NCBI RefSeq assembly: GCF_052425735.1
Contig: NC_135767.1
Span: 14,632,001-14,696,000 of the forward strand
Direction of reading: 5' to 3'
Origin: Oculina patagonica
Taxonomy: Eukaryota
Length of the DNA stretch: 64,000 bases
A program made the translations under genes and the position numbers. Below the pieces are notes generated by a model, which did no database searches, was not told the DNA's origin, and worked only from the letters and a program-made list of their open reading frames with translations. How positions within the stretch are numbered: position 1 is the first letter of the stretch; each line of letters begins with the position of its first letter. Positions 1-12,292 of this stretch are shown here, one piece after another.

Positions 1-911
1 GTCTTAAAATCACGTACTTTTATGACTGAGTGATTAAGATATGGACCAGGCAGGAACTCATCAAGTTTGCTTGTAGCCATCACTACAGGAACTGAGCCAG
101 CGTCCCATGCATGGTGTAGTTGAGCATCAACAAAATAATCACAGTCTTGGTTAAAAAACACCAAGGTGAACTTGTATTGTCTGGCCAGAATAGATTTGAG
201 ATCCCTGAAATCTTTACCATCATCTTTACCATACCTACGAACCAGTCCTTGTTTGTTCCGAAGACAGGCTCCGTAAGAATCAACCTGTACAAATTTCATC
301 AACTGCCTCATGTATTCCGTCCGAACCTTCTCACAATTTGACAATGCTGCCATAATAAGCCCAGTTTTATTCTTAAAAGGAAGTGGTGGTGTTAAATTTG
401 GCAACAAAACTGAAGGATCAGGGAAGTCTGAATCCAAGCGATAACTTTTTAATAAGTTGAACTTCGACATGAACGCAGCATCGTTTAATCTTGGTGTATA
501 CACTGGATTTTCTCGTATTTGCAGAATCCATGGCTTAGATTCTATAGGAGGATATGGCCCTGGAGCCCTAGCATGGAAAACAAAGCCATCTGCCTCTTTT
601 GCTCGGGATATATCACTGGTTAACTCGCATGGTACTGGGCATTCACCTTTTGCCCACTTTTCATGTAGATCTAGTCGTCTTCCAAGATATTTTGACCAGT
701 AAACCACAAGCCAGGTCTTTTCTGTGTGGTTCTCTAGACTTTTGTGATGGCCAACATTTCCTCTCCGTGCTATGTGTACATTCTTTATGGCAGGTTTCTT
801 AAATGAAACAAGTTCATTTGAAACGTAAATTAACTCAAGTTGCCATAATAACACCACCAGGAACATCACGCAAGCCGGTAGACATTTTAGCAAAAGCGAA
901 GCGGCTCCCAT
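1..911 (-). CDS. GT10-family alpha-(1,3/1,4)-fucosyltransferase-like type II membrane protein, 3'-partial (runs off window edge)
   Basis: My translation from ATG at 911 (gaagccATGg) is open to base 1: MGAASLLLKCLPACVMFLVVLLWQ (signal anchor)...CPVPCELTSD..ADGFVFH..PWILQIRENP..FNLLKSYRLDSDFP..SNCEKVRTEYMRQLMKFVQVDSYGACL..YKFTLVFFNQDCDYFVDAQL..AGSVPVV. These are GT10 motifs in the expected order. Absent from the ORF track because no stop lies in the window. Confidence 0.88.
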   Translation of the reverse strand, partial: MGAASLLLKCLPACVMFLVVLLWQLELIYVSNELVSFKKPAIKNVHIARRGNVGHHKSLENHTEKTWLVVYWSKYLGRRLDLHEKWAKGECPVPCELTSDISRAKEADGFVFHARAPGPYPPIESKPWILQIRENPVYTPRLNDAAFMSKFNLLKSYRLDSDFPDPSVLLPNLTPPLPFKNKTGLIMAALSNCEKVRTEYMRQLMKFVQVDSYGACLRNKQGLVRRYGKDDGKDFRDLKSILARQYKFTLVFFNQDCDYFVDAQLHHAWDAGSVPVVMATSKLDEFLPGPYLNHSVIKVRDFK

Positions 912-1024
912 GGCTTCCTTCTCGGGAGTCTTCTGGTGTACCTGTTAAACAATTGCGAAGGCAGATAGTAAAAATATTTTAACAGTTTATTGAACCCTTT
1001 TATAAACTTCCAAGAGACACCAAT

Positions 1025-1140
1025 ACTGATGGGCGCTCTAACCAACTGAGCTACTAGAGACTCGTTGTGAGCTGGGCCATTTTAAAAGGTTGATATGTGA
1101 CACGCGTCCTGCATACTGTTAGGATCAGCAATGTCGAAAT
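1025..1140 (-). repeat. tRNA-derived SINE-like relic
   Basis: Minus strand reads TAGCTCAGTTGGTTAGAGCG (A-box/D-arm-like); no complete cloverleaf. Confidence 0.45.
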
Positions 1141-1220
1141 CATCAAGTTTGTAGTAAATAATAAAGATGGTAAATTTTAAGCTCGGTAATAAAGCTCGGT
1201 AAAAAAATGATATGATTTTC

Positions 1221-1350
1221 GCATGATATCGTGAACTATCAAAACCTCGTGTCTGTGTTATCTGCCTCAGCCTTCGGCTCAGGCAGATAACACAGACCTC
1301 GGTTTTGATAATTCGCGATATCATGCTCAACCTCATCCAATAATTGCTAA
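1221..1350. mobile_element. Long hairpin terminus of a TIR-less element (remnant)
   Basis: GCATGATATCG..AAAACC..GTCTGTGTTATCTGCC pairs with GGCAGATAACACAGAC..GGTTTT..CGATATCATGC around a CTCAGCC-TTC-GGCTCAG apex. Confidence 0.6.
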
Positions 1351-1553
1351 ATATCAGCTCCTTACAATCATAAATACAAACTACGTATTGGCCAAATATG
1401 GCAGATTGAAAAACAAACAATGTCATTTTCAGTAATATGGTAAAACGATTAGTTGAAAGCCGGTAAAATAGTCGGGTGATACTTTCGCAGCCTAGAAACC
1501 TAATTCACGTTTTCGTCAACGTGTGTACTATGATAAATTATCAGCACTGACTA

Positions 1554-1911
1554 TGTGGGAAACGCTAGCAAGGCAGGGTAGCGGGATTCCCCACGAATCT
1601 CACAAAAAGGCAAACAATTCAGTGCAAGAAATGATACTCACAGGTTTACGTCGTTTATTGGCTTGAAGTCGCGGTCACTTTCACAATCACGGAATTCTCA
1701 GTTTAAAAAGGCGTAACTGGTCAAAGACTCAACTCAACTCAACAGGTCAACAGATCAACTAAATTCGAAAAACTAACTGTATTCCTCTTATACAAGCATT
1801 ACGTGCAGACGGGCTAATTATGAATTTCCGGCCTTGACACATTCTGACACATATCTTTATCGGTTCGTCCTACGAAACACTCATTGACATTACATAATCT
1901 GATACCCCACG
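1554..1911 (-). mobile_element. Possible solo LTR
   Basis: Minus strand begins (C)GTGGG and ends CCCACA, with TATAA followed by AATAAA in LTR order; no TSD found. Confidence 0.3.
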
Positions 1912-2876
1912 TGGGATTCCTAAATAAAACATCCACTCAAGTAAAGTCACGCAATCACTATTTGATATCTACGGTATCATCCTGTTTATGGTATTATCCT
2001 GTTTCCGACAACTACGTTGATGTTTTAGATCTACAAATAGACAAACTAAGAATAAAACTAGAAAAATAAGTCGTTAATCTGAAGCAAGAATCGCTTTTCA
2101 AAATGGAACAGTTAATTTCAACCAAATGGTTCCACCAATCAAAGTGGACTTCATTCGAGGGGTGGGATCTTATGCTAGAAATTTTCCAGTGGGACCGAGC
2201 CGTTCTACATGATTTCCAACAACATTTTCTCAGAATTTTTAGATACACAGAACCTATTGAGATAATCCTAATTGTCCTACTGTTCGTGTTCATGATATGC
2301 AATAAATTAAAATAGTGTCAACAATTTTCAGAGTACTTGTGAACATTTGTGATCATTAAAAGAACTCTGAATTACCTTTCGATATATATCTGATGATTAA
2401 GATACCTTGATCCACTACTGGCCACTACGATTCCTGACTTGTACGTGCTGAATCTGCTGAATGCTTGTTGAAAAACTGGCGTACAAACATCGACCTCATG
2501 CACAGCCGGTGTCACAGCGCGTACGCTGAGAACTTAATACAAATCAGGAAAATACAGCTATACAAATCAGTTGATTGGCATTTTGTTCTGTTTACACAGC
2601 TTCTGAGGCTTGTTTTGAATTTTTGCCACGTGTTTAGTGCGACCATAGCCTGCGAACGCAGACGTATTTCCGCCTGTCGTTTCTCTCCACCGAAAAGTAA
2701 CGTCTGCGAACCGGCAAGTCAATAAACGATTTCCGTAACGTCAAAATCTTGAGCCAATCAGAGTTATTATTACGTCCAAATTTGACAAGGCGTTCTCTAA
2801 CTGCACAAGTCGACTGCAGGACTTCAGTTTGTGGGACGCGATACGACTACAGCTTTTCACAGTCCTCGTAAACATA

Positions 2877-4068
2877 CAGTGGAACCCCGTTAATACGGAC
2901 ACCAAGGGGACAGGCCAAATTGTCCGTATTAACGGGGTGTCCGTATTAAGCGGGGTCTCAGAAAAAGTCACGGATACATGTTTAATCGACACAAAGACGA
3001 AGGCAAACGTTTTCACAGCAACATAATGTTGTTTAATTGTACTGTTACCGTAACAGATGCAAACTGTGAACCCTTACAAAAAATGAATAGTTTTTACGAA
3101 AACCTTACGATCTAGTCATACTTCTAACTAAACTTTATTAAACTCAACGATTAAATTATTTGAAAATGTCGCAACTTTACTATATACAAGAAAAAAACGC
3201 ATCAAAGCAACCGAACGTTTTCTATAAAGTTTCCTTTGTAACTTAAACTCTCACCGTAACCGTTATTAAACTGAACAAACTCAAGTCGGTAACGTTACTT
3301 TAAAAGGAAGCTTTTAGCTTGAGGCACAACTAGGCGGACTAAAACCTTTGCAAGTCACACTATTAGGCTACTGTTAGTCTTAAAATCGTTTTAACTCATC
3401 GCATTCTGTCATTTTTTTACCAGGGTAAAGTAAGAAAATAATTGCGACAATGAAAATTGACAGTTCATAGATAAACAGTGTCCGTAAAGCGGGGTTGACA
3501 ATGTATGACAGTTTGTCACTCGGGACACGGAAAAGTGTCCGTTGTCCGTATTAATTAACGGGTGTCCGTATTAAGCGGGTTAATTTAAGAGAAAATGTAT
3601 TAGGTTGTCGTCGGGACCAACGAAACTGTCCGTAATACCGAGGTGTCCGTATTAAAGGGACTATGTCACGGGGATTTCGCAGAGTTTTGGTCTAAGCTGT
3701 ACGGAAATCAGTGGTAGGCAAATTAACCCAACAAAACATTATCTTCGAACATCAAAAGGAATTTATAACCTTAATTTGCGGATAGAAATCAAGCTACGGC
3801 TATAATTATCGATATTTCGAAGACATGCGGAAACAATTTGAAAACGTTTGCCTAACTTTTTCAAATTGCAATCCGTTTCCATCCGAGCCATCCGCAGCCA
3901 AAGAAGCTCGTTAACAGTTTCAGTGCTTTAATATAGTAATTTCTAATAAGAGTGGACTATTAGTTTTAGGTTTCCTGCGACACAAATATAAATTTGGCTG
4001 TTCAAAAATCTGGTAAAATCCGTGACATAGTCCCTTTAAGCGGGTGTCCGTAAAGCGGGGTTCCACTG
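2877..4068. mobile_element. Tc1/mariner-pogo-like MITE
   Basis: TA|CAGTGGAACCCCG...CGGGGTTCCACTG|TA; repeated GTGTCCGTATTAA subterminal motifs. Confidence 0.85.
3656..4035. mobile_element. Kolobok-like MITE nested in the pogo-like MITE
   Basis: TTAA|AGGGACTATGTCACGG...CCGTGACATAGTCCCT|TTAA (TTAA TSD, AG..CT termini). Confidence 0.8.
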
Positions 4069-5345
4069 TACATATTTACTTTCGCTAAACGATTTATCAA
4101 TCAAGGCTTGCCTAAAACAATATAACCGAATAAATAACCTTTTCCTTTGCATCTACAAATGTACATCTTCAAAGAATGTAACTTTCACCGCCGTGAGAAA
4201 CCGTTGGCCTTTGGTGTTTCATTCAACTCCCGCCTGTTTCCGCCAACCTCTGTGTCGCAAGGGAGCCGCGCGGTGTGCACACGCGTTTCATTCTATCGTG
4301 TAGTCTGATTGGCCAAAGAGAACACAAAAGATGCTACGTCACGGAAATCATTTCTTGGCTCGAGTTTGCAGACGTTACTTTTCGGTGAAGAGAAACGACA
4401 GCCGGAAATACGTCTGCGTTTGCAGGCTAAATCCTCGATCGGCGGACGCGAGACGAATGACGAGCACATGGTTTCAATAGTCACGTGACCCCATGCCCGG
4501 TAAGAGGGGGTATGCCGGTAATGGGAATTAACTTAATGCAGAGGAAAGACATAAAAATATTTATGATATGATAAATGCAAGTGTGGCCATACTACTGAGA
4601 AATGTTGAAAAAAATTTCGGGCTCTGAGCGGGATTCGAAACCACGACCTTTACGTTACAGGTGCAATTATATTTGCGAGCAAATATTTTATTTGTGTTAC
4701 GATAAACAGTCCGGACAGTATTTAGCTCCAATCAGATTTGTGCATAAATGACCGAAAGTCCGTGAATCGCGGACTTTCAATTCGGACTTGGCCAGAGTCT
4801 TTGTTGTTGGTGCTGAACGGGCTGTGGAGACAATATGGACAAAAAAGTGTAACTTCTCATAATAAAAAGAAAAAAATCAATATAATGAAAGATTTATTTT
4901 ATCGTTCCTTTTAAACTTTCCTGTACTCATCAATAAAGATCTCTACAGTGATAAGTGTTCAAACGAGATTCGGTCCACATTTGGAACGTATGTTCATGTG
5001 ACAGGCTCGTGGGATACGCAGAGGTTTGTATAATCTGGGCACAGTTCTATGTACTCGCTTGGTTTCCTTTTTATGACACTTTCTTAGCTCTTCTCGCTAT
5101 ACTAAAGTAGGAGTTAGCCGTTTTGGTATTCTGAGAGAGTTTGGTATTCGGAAAATGTGAATAGAAACGGTGAAACTTTCCTGTACAGTTAACTGTTGTC
5201 GATAATTCTACGTATTCGTACGCCGTTACTGAGAGTTTATTTACAGTTTTTGCTCACCGTTACGGTTTAAAACTTAAGTTACGCGAAGTAAATCGCTATC
5301 TACCTTGATGAAAACAAACTTTATACTTATTTAAAGATATTACAG

Positions 5346-6188
5346 TTAGGTTTTTAAGATCACCAAATAGATCATTCTTTGAAACTCCTTCTTAATGTCT
5401 CTCTTGAAGATGGCGTATGCTAAAGGGTTTACGGCGGAGTTCAAAACCAAAATAGGAACCTTGTATTGGAGATCGTAACATTGTTTTTGATCGTTAAAGA
5501 TGAGAACAAAGTTACAACGCAAAAATATACCATAGCAAATAAGAAACAAGCAAACGACAATAGTCATCATTTTAACCGCAGACGTGTCCTGAGTTTTATG
5601 CAAAACCCTATGATTAAAACGTAACTGATTGGCTAATGTACGGGCAGATCTTGCGTGCTTGCAAACCACACGTAACATAACGGTAAAACAGAAGATTACG
5701 ATAGCACATGAAAACACCTCAAAAACGAAATACAGCCAACCAAGAATCTTTAAGATAACTGGTGTTTTCGAGCGATAAATCCACAGCGATGACACAACAA
5801 AAACGATAAAAGCAACTGGGATTGCCCAAGACAGGGAAATCATTTGTAATACTCGGCGGCGCTTCATAAAAGTCAAGTATGACAAAGGTTTCGCAAGTGC
5901 GATGTAGCGATCCAGTACTAAACTCCACAAGTTTGTGGCAGATGCGTAAACGAACAGCCCCCTTACGTAAGTTAATATCCAATGGCAGTGATCTGCCATG
6001 TTGCAAAAGAACAGCGAAGGAACTGCGCTCATCCCCACACAGAAATCAGCCACTGCTAATGAAACGATGAAGGCATTGGTTTTGGTGCGAAGCTGCCGTT
6101 TCCTACAAACAATGAAGATAACAAATCCATTTCCAGCTATCGTTAGGATGGAGAGGGACCAGCCGAGAATCCAGAACCAGACTTCCAT
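5346..6188 (-). CDS. Intronless class A GPCR (g1), intact, 280 aa
   Basis: GN (TM1), LAVAD, DRY, NSAVNPLAY, seven hydrophobic segments; short deletion in ECL1 relative to paralogs. Confidence 0.95.
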   Translation of the reverse strand: MEVWFWILGWSLSILTIAGNGFVIFIVCRKRQLRTKTNAFIVSLAVADFCVGMSAVPSLFFCNMADHCHWILTYVRGLFVYASATNLWSLVLDRYIALAKPLSYLTFMKRRRVLQMISLSWAIPVAFIVFVVSSLWIYRSKTPVILKILGWLYFVFEVFSCAIVIFCFTVMLRVVCKHARSARTLANQLRFNHRVLHKTQDTSAVKMMTIVVCLFLICYGIFLRCNFVLIFNDQKQCYDLQYKVPILVLNSAVNPLAYAIFKRDIKKEFQRMIYLVILKT

Positions 6189-6486
6189 GTTATAGTTAGA
6201 GCATTTTTTCCGTGTTATTGTTGGTGTTGATGACGAAAGGTGTTATTTCGTTGTGTTAATTTAAAGGTTACCTTACACCGTCTGGCATCAGGTTTTGTAT
6301 ACATAGTTCCGACTTTACATATCGAAATGACATCTTATTGCAAGCGAGTTATTACTGTTGTGTAAATTCAGACCATGCTATGTTATTAGTTAGGTCTGCA
6401 AATAGAATTTTCAAATTGTCTTATTTCGGTATAAACAATAGGGCAATTTCTTCACATCAGCATTGATATTTTTTTTTCTTTTATCA

Positions 6487-6845
6487 GGCCATCCCAATAA
6501 AATGTTTCGTTTCCCATCGCCCGACCGACCCATTTTTTTCAAAAAGTAACAAAAAAAAAAATGCAGATTCACTAGTCAAAGAAGCAAGTACTTTAATTTA
6601 CAAGCACACGATCGTGTTTTATCAACAACAATTGACATTATGTGATATCCTTGCCTTTAATTTTGATTAAAGAAAGAATAACGGAAGTAACGAACGAAAT
6701 AGCCACCTTTTCACATTCGTAACCCGAGGCTTTCTTCCTTCAAGCGTTCCATCTTTTTTCTTTTTTTTTCTTTTTTGCCCGACCGACCGACCCACCATCA
6801 CAAGAGACGAGGCGATGGGAAACAAAACATTTTATTGGGATGGCC
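6487..6845. mobile_element. PIF/Harbinger-like MITE
   Basis: TCA|GGCCATCCCAATAAAATGTTT...AAACATTTTATTGGGATGGCC|TCA (3-bp TNA TSD). Confidence 0.8.
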
Positions 6846-6973
6846 TCAGTCGAAATAAAATTTGTGAATTAATTTAAACAATGCTGAAAGGTTAGTCGCT
6901 TTCTTATAAGTTTGATTGACACTTCACATGACGAGTCTAACACTTTATTGGTTTTCGGTTCCTTTTTAATTTG

Positions 6974-7930
6974 TTCGTTTACTTAATTAATTACATTGCA
7001 TTCTCCTTGTTTTCAATTTCTTTTATGCTCAATACTTCTCATTTTAACTTCTGTTTGTTTTTTATCTTGTTACTTCTGCGACTGCGTGGCTTTGGTCGAT
7101 GTCTGAAGAAATGGTAACCGGCAACCGTCGAGTTTCTCCTCGCCCCAGGTTGATTAATTTTTCGCGTAATGACCGAGCAAACGTGCATGGCATTTTGAAT
7201 AGAACGATGACAACGAAGATTGCGTATATTGATCATTCCCGATGACTCAGAAGCAAAGAGTGCTCTGGGAAAGAGGTTTTTTGTCACCAAAAGGTTTTTT
7301 TTGGAATAGTAATCTTGACATTGTGTTTGGACTCGAAGAGTGTTCTTCTCTGTTTTCTAATCGCGTACCTTTCTGTATAATTTTTGCAGTGACATCGAAC
7401 TGTTTTCCTCCACTGTAGACTGTCCACAGCCCTCTATTTTTTTCGTGTTTTTCGTTTACTTAATTAATTGCATTGCATTCTCCTTGTTTTCAATTTCTTT
7501 TATGCTCAATACTTCTCATTTTAACTTCTGTTTGTTTTTTATCTTGTTACTTCTGCGACTGCGTGGCTTTGGTCGATGTCTGAAGAAATGCTAACCGGCA
7601 ACCGTCGAGTTTCTCCTCGCCCCAGGTTGATTAATTTTTCGCGTAATGACCGAGCAAACGTGCATGGCATTTTGAATAGAACGATGACAACGAAGATTGC
7701 GTATATTGATCATTCCCGATGACTCAGAAGCAAAGAGTGCTCTGGGAAAGAGGTTTTTTGTCACCAAAAGGTTTTTTTTTGGAATAGTAATCTTGACATT
7801 GTGTTTGGACTCGAAGAGTGTTCTTCTCTGTTTTCTAATCGCGTACCTTTCTGTATAATTTTTGCAGTGACATCGAACTGTTTTCCTCCACTGTAGACTG
7901 TCCACAGCCCTCTATTTTTTCGTGTTTTTC
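6974..7930. repeat. Near-perfect tandem duplication, period about 477 bp
   Basis: TTCGTTTACTTAATTAATT begins at 6974 and 7451; units differ at only a few bases. Confidence 0.92.
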
Positions 7931-8023
7931 GATCGATGAGCGCGCGGCGAGAACGGCGAGAGAACTGGACGCCAACGCAAAACGGAATTTGCGTTGAAAA
8001 ATCAAGAGGCTGTGGACAGTCTA
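7894..8023. mobile_element. 130-bp MITE with 9-bp TSD (AcademH-like termini)
   Basis: CCTCCACTG|TAGACTGTCCACAGCC...GGCTGTGGACAGTCTA|CCTCCACTG. Confidence 0.85.
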
Positions 8024-8621
8024 CCTCCACTGGCTGTATGTTGACTTTGTACCTTGGTCTTGTTGTATCCAGGCGCTACGGCCGGCTACTTCCACTCCTC
8101 CTGTTTTAAGCACCTTATATTTGAGCAACCAACCCAAGATAATCAGCATGCATATTCGCTCAGAAGAACAAAATAAGAGCATGGAATTGATTTAAGTTTG
8201 TGTTTAAAATACATATGTTTGTTTGAAGATTGGTAGGAAATAAAGAAACATAACATCTAATAATATAAGGTGCATCGAGGCTTTAACGTCGCATGGTGCG
8301 AAAAGAGACAGCCAATTGGTTTTGTTTACTATTGACTCCAGACAAGATAAGATTATTTCCCGTCAGTTGTTTTTAAAATGACTTTTTGCATTTCCTGCTC
8401 GATATGTAGCGTTATTACACTAAAGGTGCTATTATGTCATTTACTTTTCCTGCTCGTAGATTGATTTTAATTCAGTTTACACAGCTGAGGTTTAGGCATT
8501 TTCCAAAGTAAATCGTGAGCTTCCTTGATTAAAATCAACACTTTTAACATAATTTTTAAAAGACTTTTAACATAATTATTAAAACAATTTTAACATAATT
8601 ATTAAAAGAGGATTAAGTAAG

Positions 8622-9483
8622 TTACACGTTTTTCAAACCCCCAAAATAGCACACTGGCCACACTCTTTGAAATTCCTTCCTTATGTCTCTTTTGAAGATG
8701 GCGTAAGCTACCGGGTTACCGGCAGAGTTTAAAAGCAGAATAGGCACCTTGTATTGGAGATCATTGCATGGCTTGTGATCGAAAATCAGCACAAAACTAC
8801 AGCGGAAAAATATTCCGTTGCTCAGAAGAAACAAGCTTACAATTATTCCCATCATTTTTACTGCAGACTTCTCTTGAGTTTTCAGCAAAACTCGATGGTT
8901 AAAACGAAGCTGTTCGTTCAGGATGCGAGTAGACCTTTCGTGCTTATGAACAACAGCTACCATCGTTGTAAAGCAGTAGGTAACAATAGCACATTCGAGG
9001 ATTTCAAGGCACAGGGACAATATACCAGACAATGTAATAATAAGAGGTATTTTAAAACTAAACCAGAGCGATGAGACAAGCATAAGTAAAGCAACTGGGA
9101 TTGCCCAAGATAAGGAAATCATTTTAATGACACGGCGGTGCTTCATAAAAGTCAAGTATTGTAAAGGCTTCACGACAGCGATGTAGCGATCCAGAACTAA
9201 ACTACACAAGCTTCCCATTGATGCGAACACGAACATCCACCTTATATAGTCTATACCGTTGGAAAGCACACCTTTTGAGTTGCACCCTCTCGCCATATCG
9301 CAAAAGAACAGCGTTGGAACAGCGCTCATCCCCACGCAGAAATCAGCCACTGCTAATGAAACGACGAACGCGTTGGTTTTAGTGCGAAGCTGCCGTCTTC
9401 TACAAACAAGAAAAACGATAAACATTTCCAGTCATGGTCAAAATGGAAAGAAACCAGTCGATAATCCAAAACCATGCTTCCAT
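8622..9483 (-). pseudogene. GPCR paralog g2 with 2-bp deletion in TM1
   Basis: Start ATG at 9483 (MEAWFWIIDWFLSILTMTGN); GGA AAT GGA TTT has become GGAAATGTTT. The remaining 267 codons are open from an ATG at 9425. Confidence 0.8.
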
Positions 9484-10400
9484 TTCCCAGCTACGCAGTA
9501 AACCTTTTTTATCGAGTTGTAAACGAAAAAGTGTTACCGCAGGAGTTAATTCAAAGCTTTCTTGGGTCGTCTGTTCTCAACCACTAGACTACCTCAGTCT
9601 TGCTTTTGGTAAAAACCGCTTTACCCATGTAAATGCATTTTACTTGATACAATTGCAAGCTGCTAATATTCTGAAAGGAAGCGATGACAGCTGACTCATT
9701 ATTGGTCTTTGCGGTTCAAATTCGTTCATTTTTCTAATGGTGGCTGATAAGCTAAGGTAAATTTTTCATATTTAGCTTTTTTGCAAAACATTTGTTGTTC
9801 TAAGTTTAAAATATACGAGTGCTAAAATAAAGCTTGCTGCTAAAAATACAGTAGTAGACACTGCATGATAATGAATTTTTTTGTTGACGTTTTGACATGA
9901 CGAGTAGAGTAGGAAGAAAACTTTATGAAAAAGGTTGACAATCCTTTTTTGCCTATTTTTAATTAGGTGTCAGATTCGTACTTTCCTACTATCATTAATC
10001 AAATAACAATCTATATTTTTATTTGTATAAGTGTATATGATAGATTAGCCTGTGAGCCAATCCTCTGCAAAGTACAAATCCAAGATGGTGCTCGCTCAAT
10101 CGAAATGCGTTCGCTCGCTAAATTATCCCACCGGGGAGTTGTGACCCAACTTTTGAAGGGCTTAAATACTATTATTCTTTTTTTTTCATTTTTTACATTT
10201 TAGCCGCTCATTTTAATTTATTTCATGCATCTTTACATTAGGATAGGATATCTGTCATGCATGCTTAATGGCTTAACTTTATTTACCTTGCCTGTTATCT
10301 TATTGGTTGAGGTTTAAGATTCGGATACCGCGATAGCATGACGACTCGTTTTTTGATGATTATCACTTTCTCATTGACTTAAATACAAATTTACTCCATA

Positions 10401-10700
10401 TAGAGCGGTTTTCACTTGAGTTTCGAAAGTATTTTACCTTACGTTTGCCTTAGTTTTGCATTTCTACGCTAAGTCATTGGTTGAAAAAAAAAAAAAACTC
10501 GAGCCACCTTCTCAACCAATTAGAAGTGGAACCAAAGCCATTAATCGTCGCTCACTTACTCACGATTTCCTACGCTTTGCACCGGCTACATGTAATTCTT
10601 TTGAGTTTTGTTGGCTCACTGGATTGTCTGTTCTTTGTGATTACTGCCCAGAGTGATTATTTGGTTTTTGTTTTACGACACTCAATCGAACATCACTCTA
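10401..10700. mobile_element. Degenerate MITE
   Basis: TAGAGCGGTTTTCACTTGAGT imperfectly inverted as ACTCAATCGAACATCACTCTA. Confidence 0.55.
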
Positions 10701-10787
10701 ACTTTACATTGATGGTTTTTCTCCCACGCTTCTAGTTCCACAAAGATTATCCATCTGCCAATTCAGAAAACATTAAGGTTCTTTAAG

Positions 10788-11647
10788 TCAATTACACTTT
10801 TTAAGGATCACAAAGTAAAACTGTCTTTTTAACTCTTTCTTAATGTCTCTCTTGAAGATAGCGTAAGCTAACGGGTTAACGGCGGAGTTCAAAACCAGAA
10901 GCGGCACTTTAAATTGGTTATCATTACATGGTGTGTTATCACTGAGAATATACACAAAACTACAACGCAAAGCAATTCCGTAACTCACAAGAAATATACC
11001 GATGACAACTGCCATCATTTTGACTGCAGCCTTCTCTTGAGTTTTACCCAAAACATGCTGGTTGAATCGTAACTGTTTTGCTAGGGTCCGGGTTGACTGA
11101 TCGTGCTTCCAAGCAACAAATAACATAGATGCAAAGCAGAAGATTATGACAGCAAACGACAGTAACTCAAAGAACATACACACCCAACCAGAAATGGTAT
11201 TTAAAATAGGCTTTTTAAGACTCAGCCAGAGTGATGAAACGGACAGAACAAAAGTAACTGGAATTGCCCAAGATATTGATATCATTTGAACGACACGGCG
11301 GCGCTTCATAAAAGTCAAGTATTGTAAAGGTTTCACAACGGCCAAGTAGCGATCCAGTACCAAACTGCACAAATTTGCCACCGATGCGTACGCGACAGCC
11401 ACCTTATATAGTCAATACCGTCAGCTAGTAGGCCTTGCGAGTTGCATCCACTCGAGATCTCGCAGAAGAACTGTGAAGGGACTGAGCTCATCCCCATACA
11501 GAAATCAGCCACTGCTAATGAAACGACGAACGCGTTGGTTTTGGTGCGAAGCGTCCGTGCTCTGCAAACAAGAAAAACAATAAATCCATTTCCAGTCATC
11601 GTCAGAATAGAAAGAAACCAGCCGAGAGTCTAGAATCAGGCTTCCAT
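10788..11647 (-). pseudogene. GPCR pseudogene g3
   Basis: ATG GAA GCC TGA TTC TAG (both early Trp codons are stops) plus a 1-bp frameshift near 11395 joining ORFs 11333..11599 and 10788..11402. Confidence 0.92.
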
Positions 11648-11699
11648 GTTCTAGTTAAGATTTTTATTTGTTGTTCAAAACAAAATTCGGGTATTTTAA

Positions 11700-12292
11700 C
11701 CCTATTCAGACCGGGCTTTTTTGGACCTTCTCAGACCGGGGGGGGGGGGGGACTTCGGAAGCCCCCCTATGTAACTACCAGGATATTTAAGCAATCACCA
11801 TGAAACTTATAGGATGTATTGTACGTCCGAAACTCTTTCTTTTGGTATACGTCACGTGGGATGGTGACGTCACATCACGTGACAATTACATCATGATGTA
11901 AAAACAGCCGCCATCTTGGATCCGCCATCTTGGATTTCAAAATTTTTCCAAAATGCCAGAAAACCACCCAAAATCATTGCAAAGTACTCAAAATGAATAA
12001 AAATGTACTTTAAACCCGTAAAAATGTAAAAATAATGCCGTTTAAGTTGATTTTTATTAACAGAAACACGCAAAATTACAATTTGGGAAAACATGCCTGT
12101 CAAAATGCCGTTGCCATGGTGATGTCAAGTTCCTGACACATCATCCAACCCTACCAATTTGTTGCCAGATAAATTTTAGGAAAACTCAGAAAGTTTGGTA
12201 GCGTTTGGTAAAATCTTTAAAAAGTTAAAAAAGTTCAAAGTCAACGCGGGCCTCAAAAGCCCCCCCTCCCCCCCCCCCCGGTCTGAATAGGG
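11700..12292. mobile_element. piggyBac-like MITE in the g3 core promoter
   Basis: TTAA|CCCTATTCAGACCGGG...CCCGGTCTGAATAGGG|TTAA. Confidence 0.88.

Larger units (their letters stand above)
2646..4429. mobile_element. Long-TIR non-autonomous DNA transposon (TAG...CTA termini, Academ-like), outer layer of a 3-level nest
   Basis: TAGCCTGCGAACGCAGACGTATTTCCG..AAAAGTAACGTCTGC inverted as GCAGACGTTACTTTT..CGGAAATACGTCTGCGTTTGCAGGCTA (about 60 bp). No clear TSD. Confidence 0.75.

Noticed and set aside
4600-4665. tRNA-like T-arm on the minus strand
   Set aside because: Partial and degenerate; most likely a SINE relic.
7039-8030. Duplicated ORFs MVTKNLFPRALF...
   Set aside because: Produced by the tandem duplication and MITE; the frame differs between copies and no domain is recognisable.
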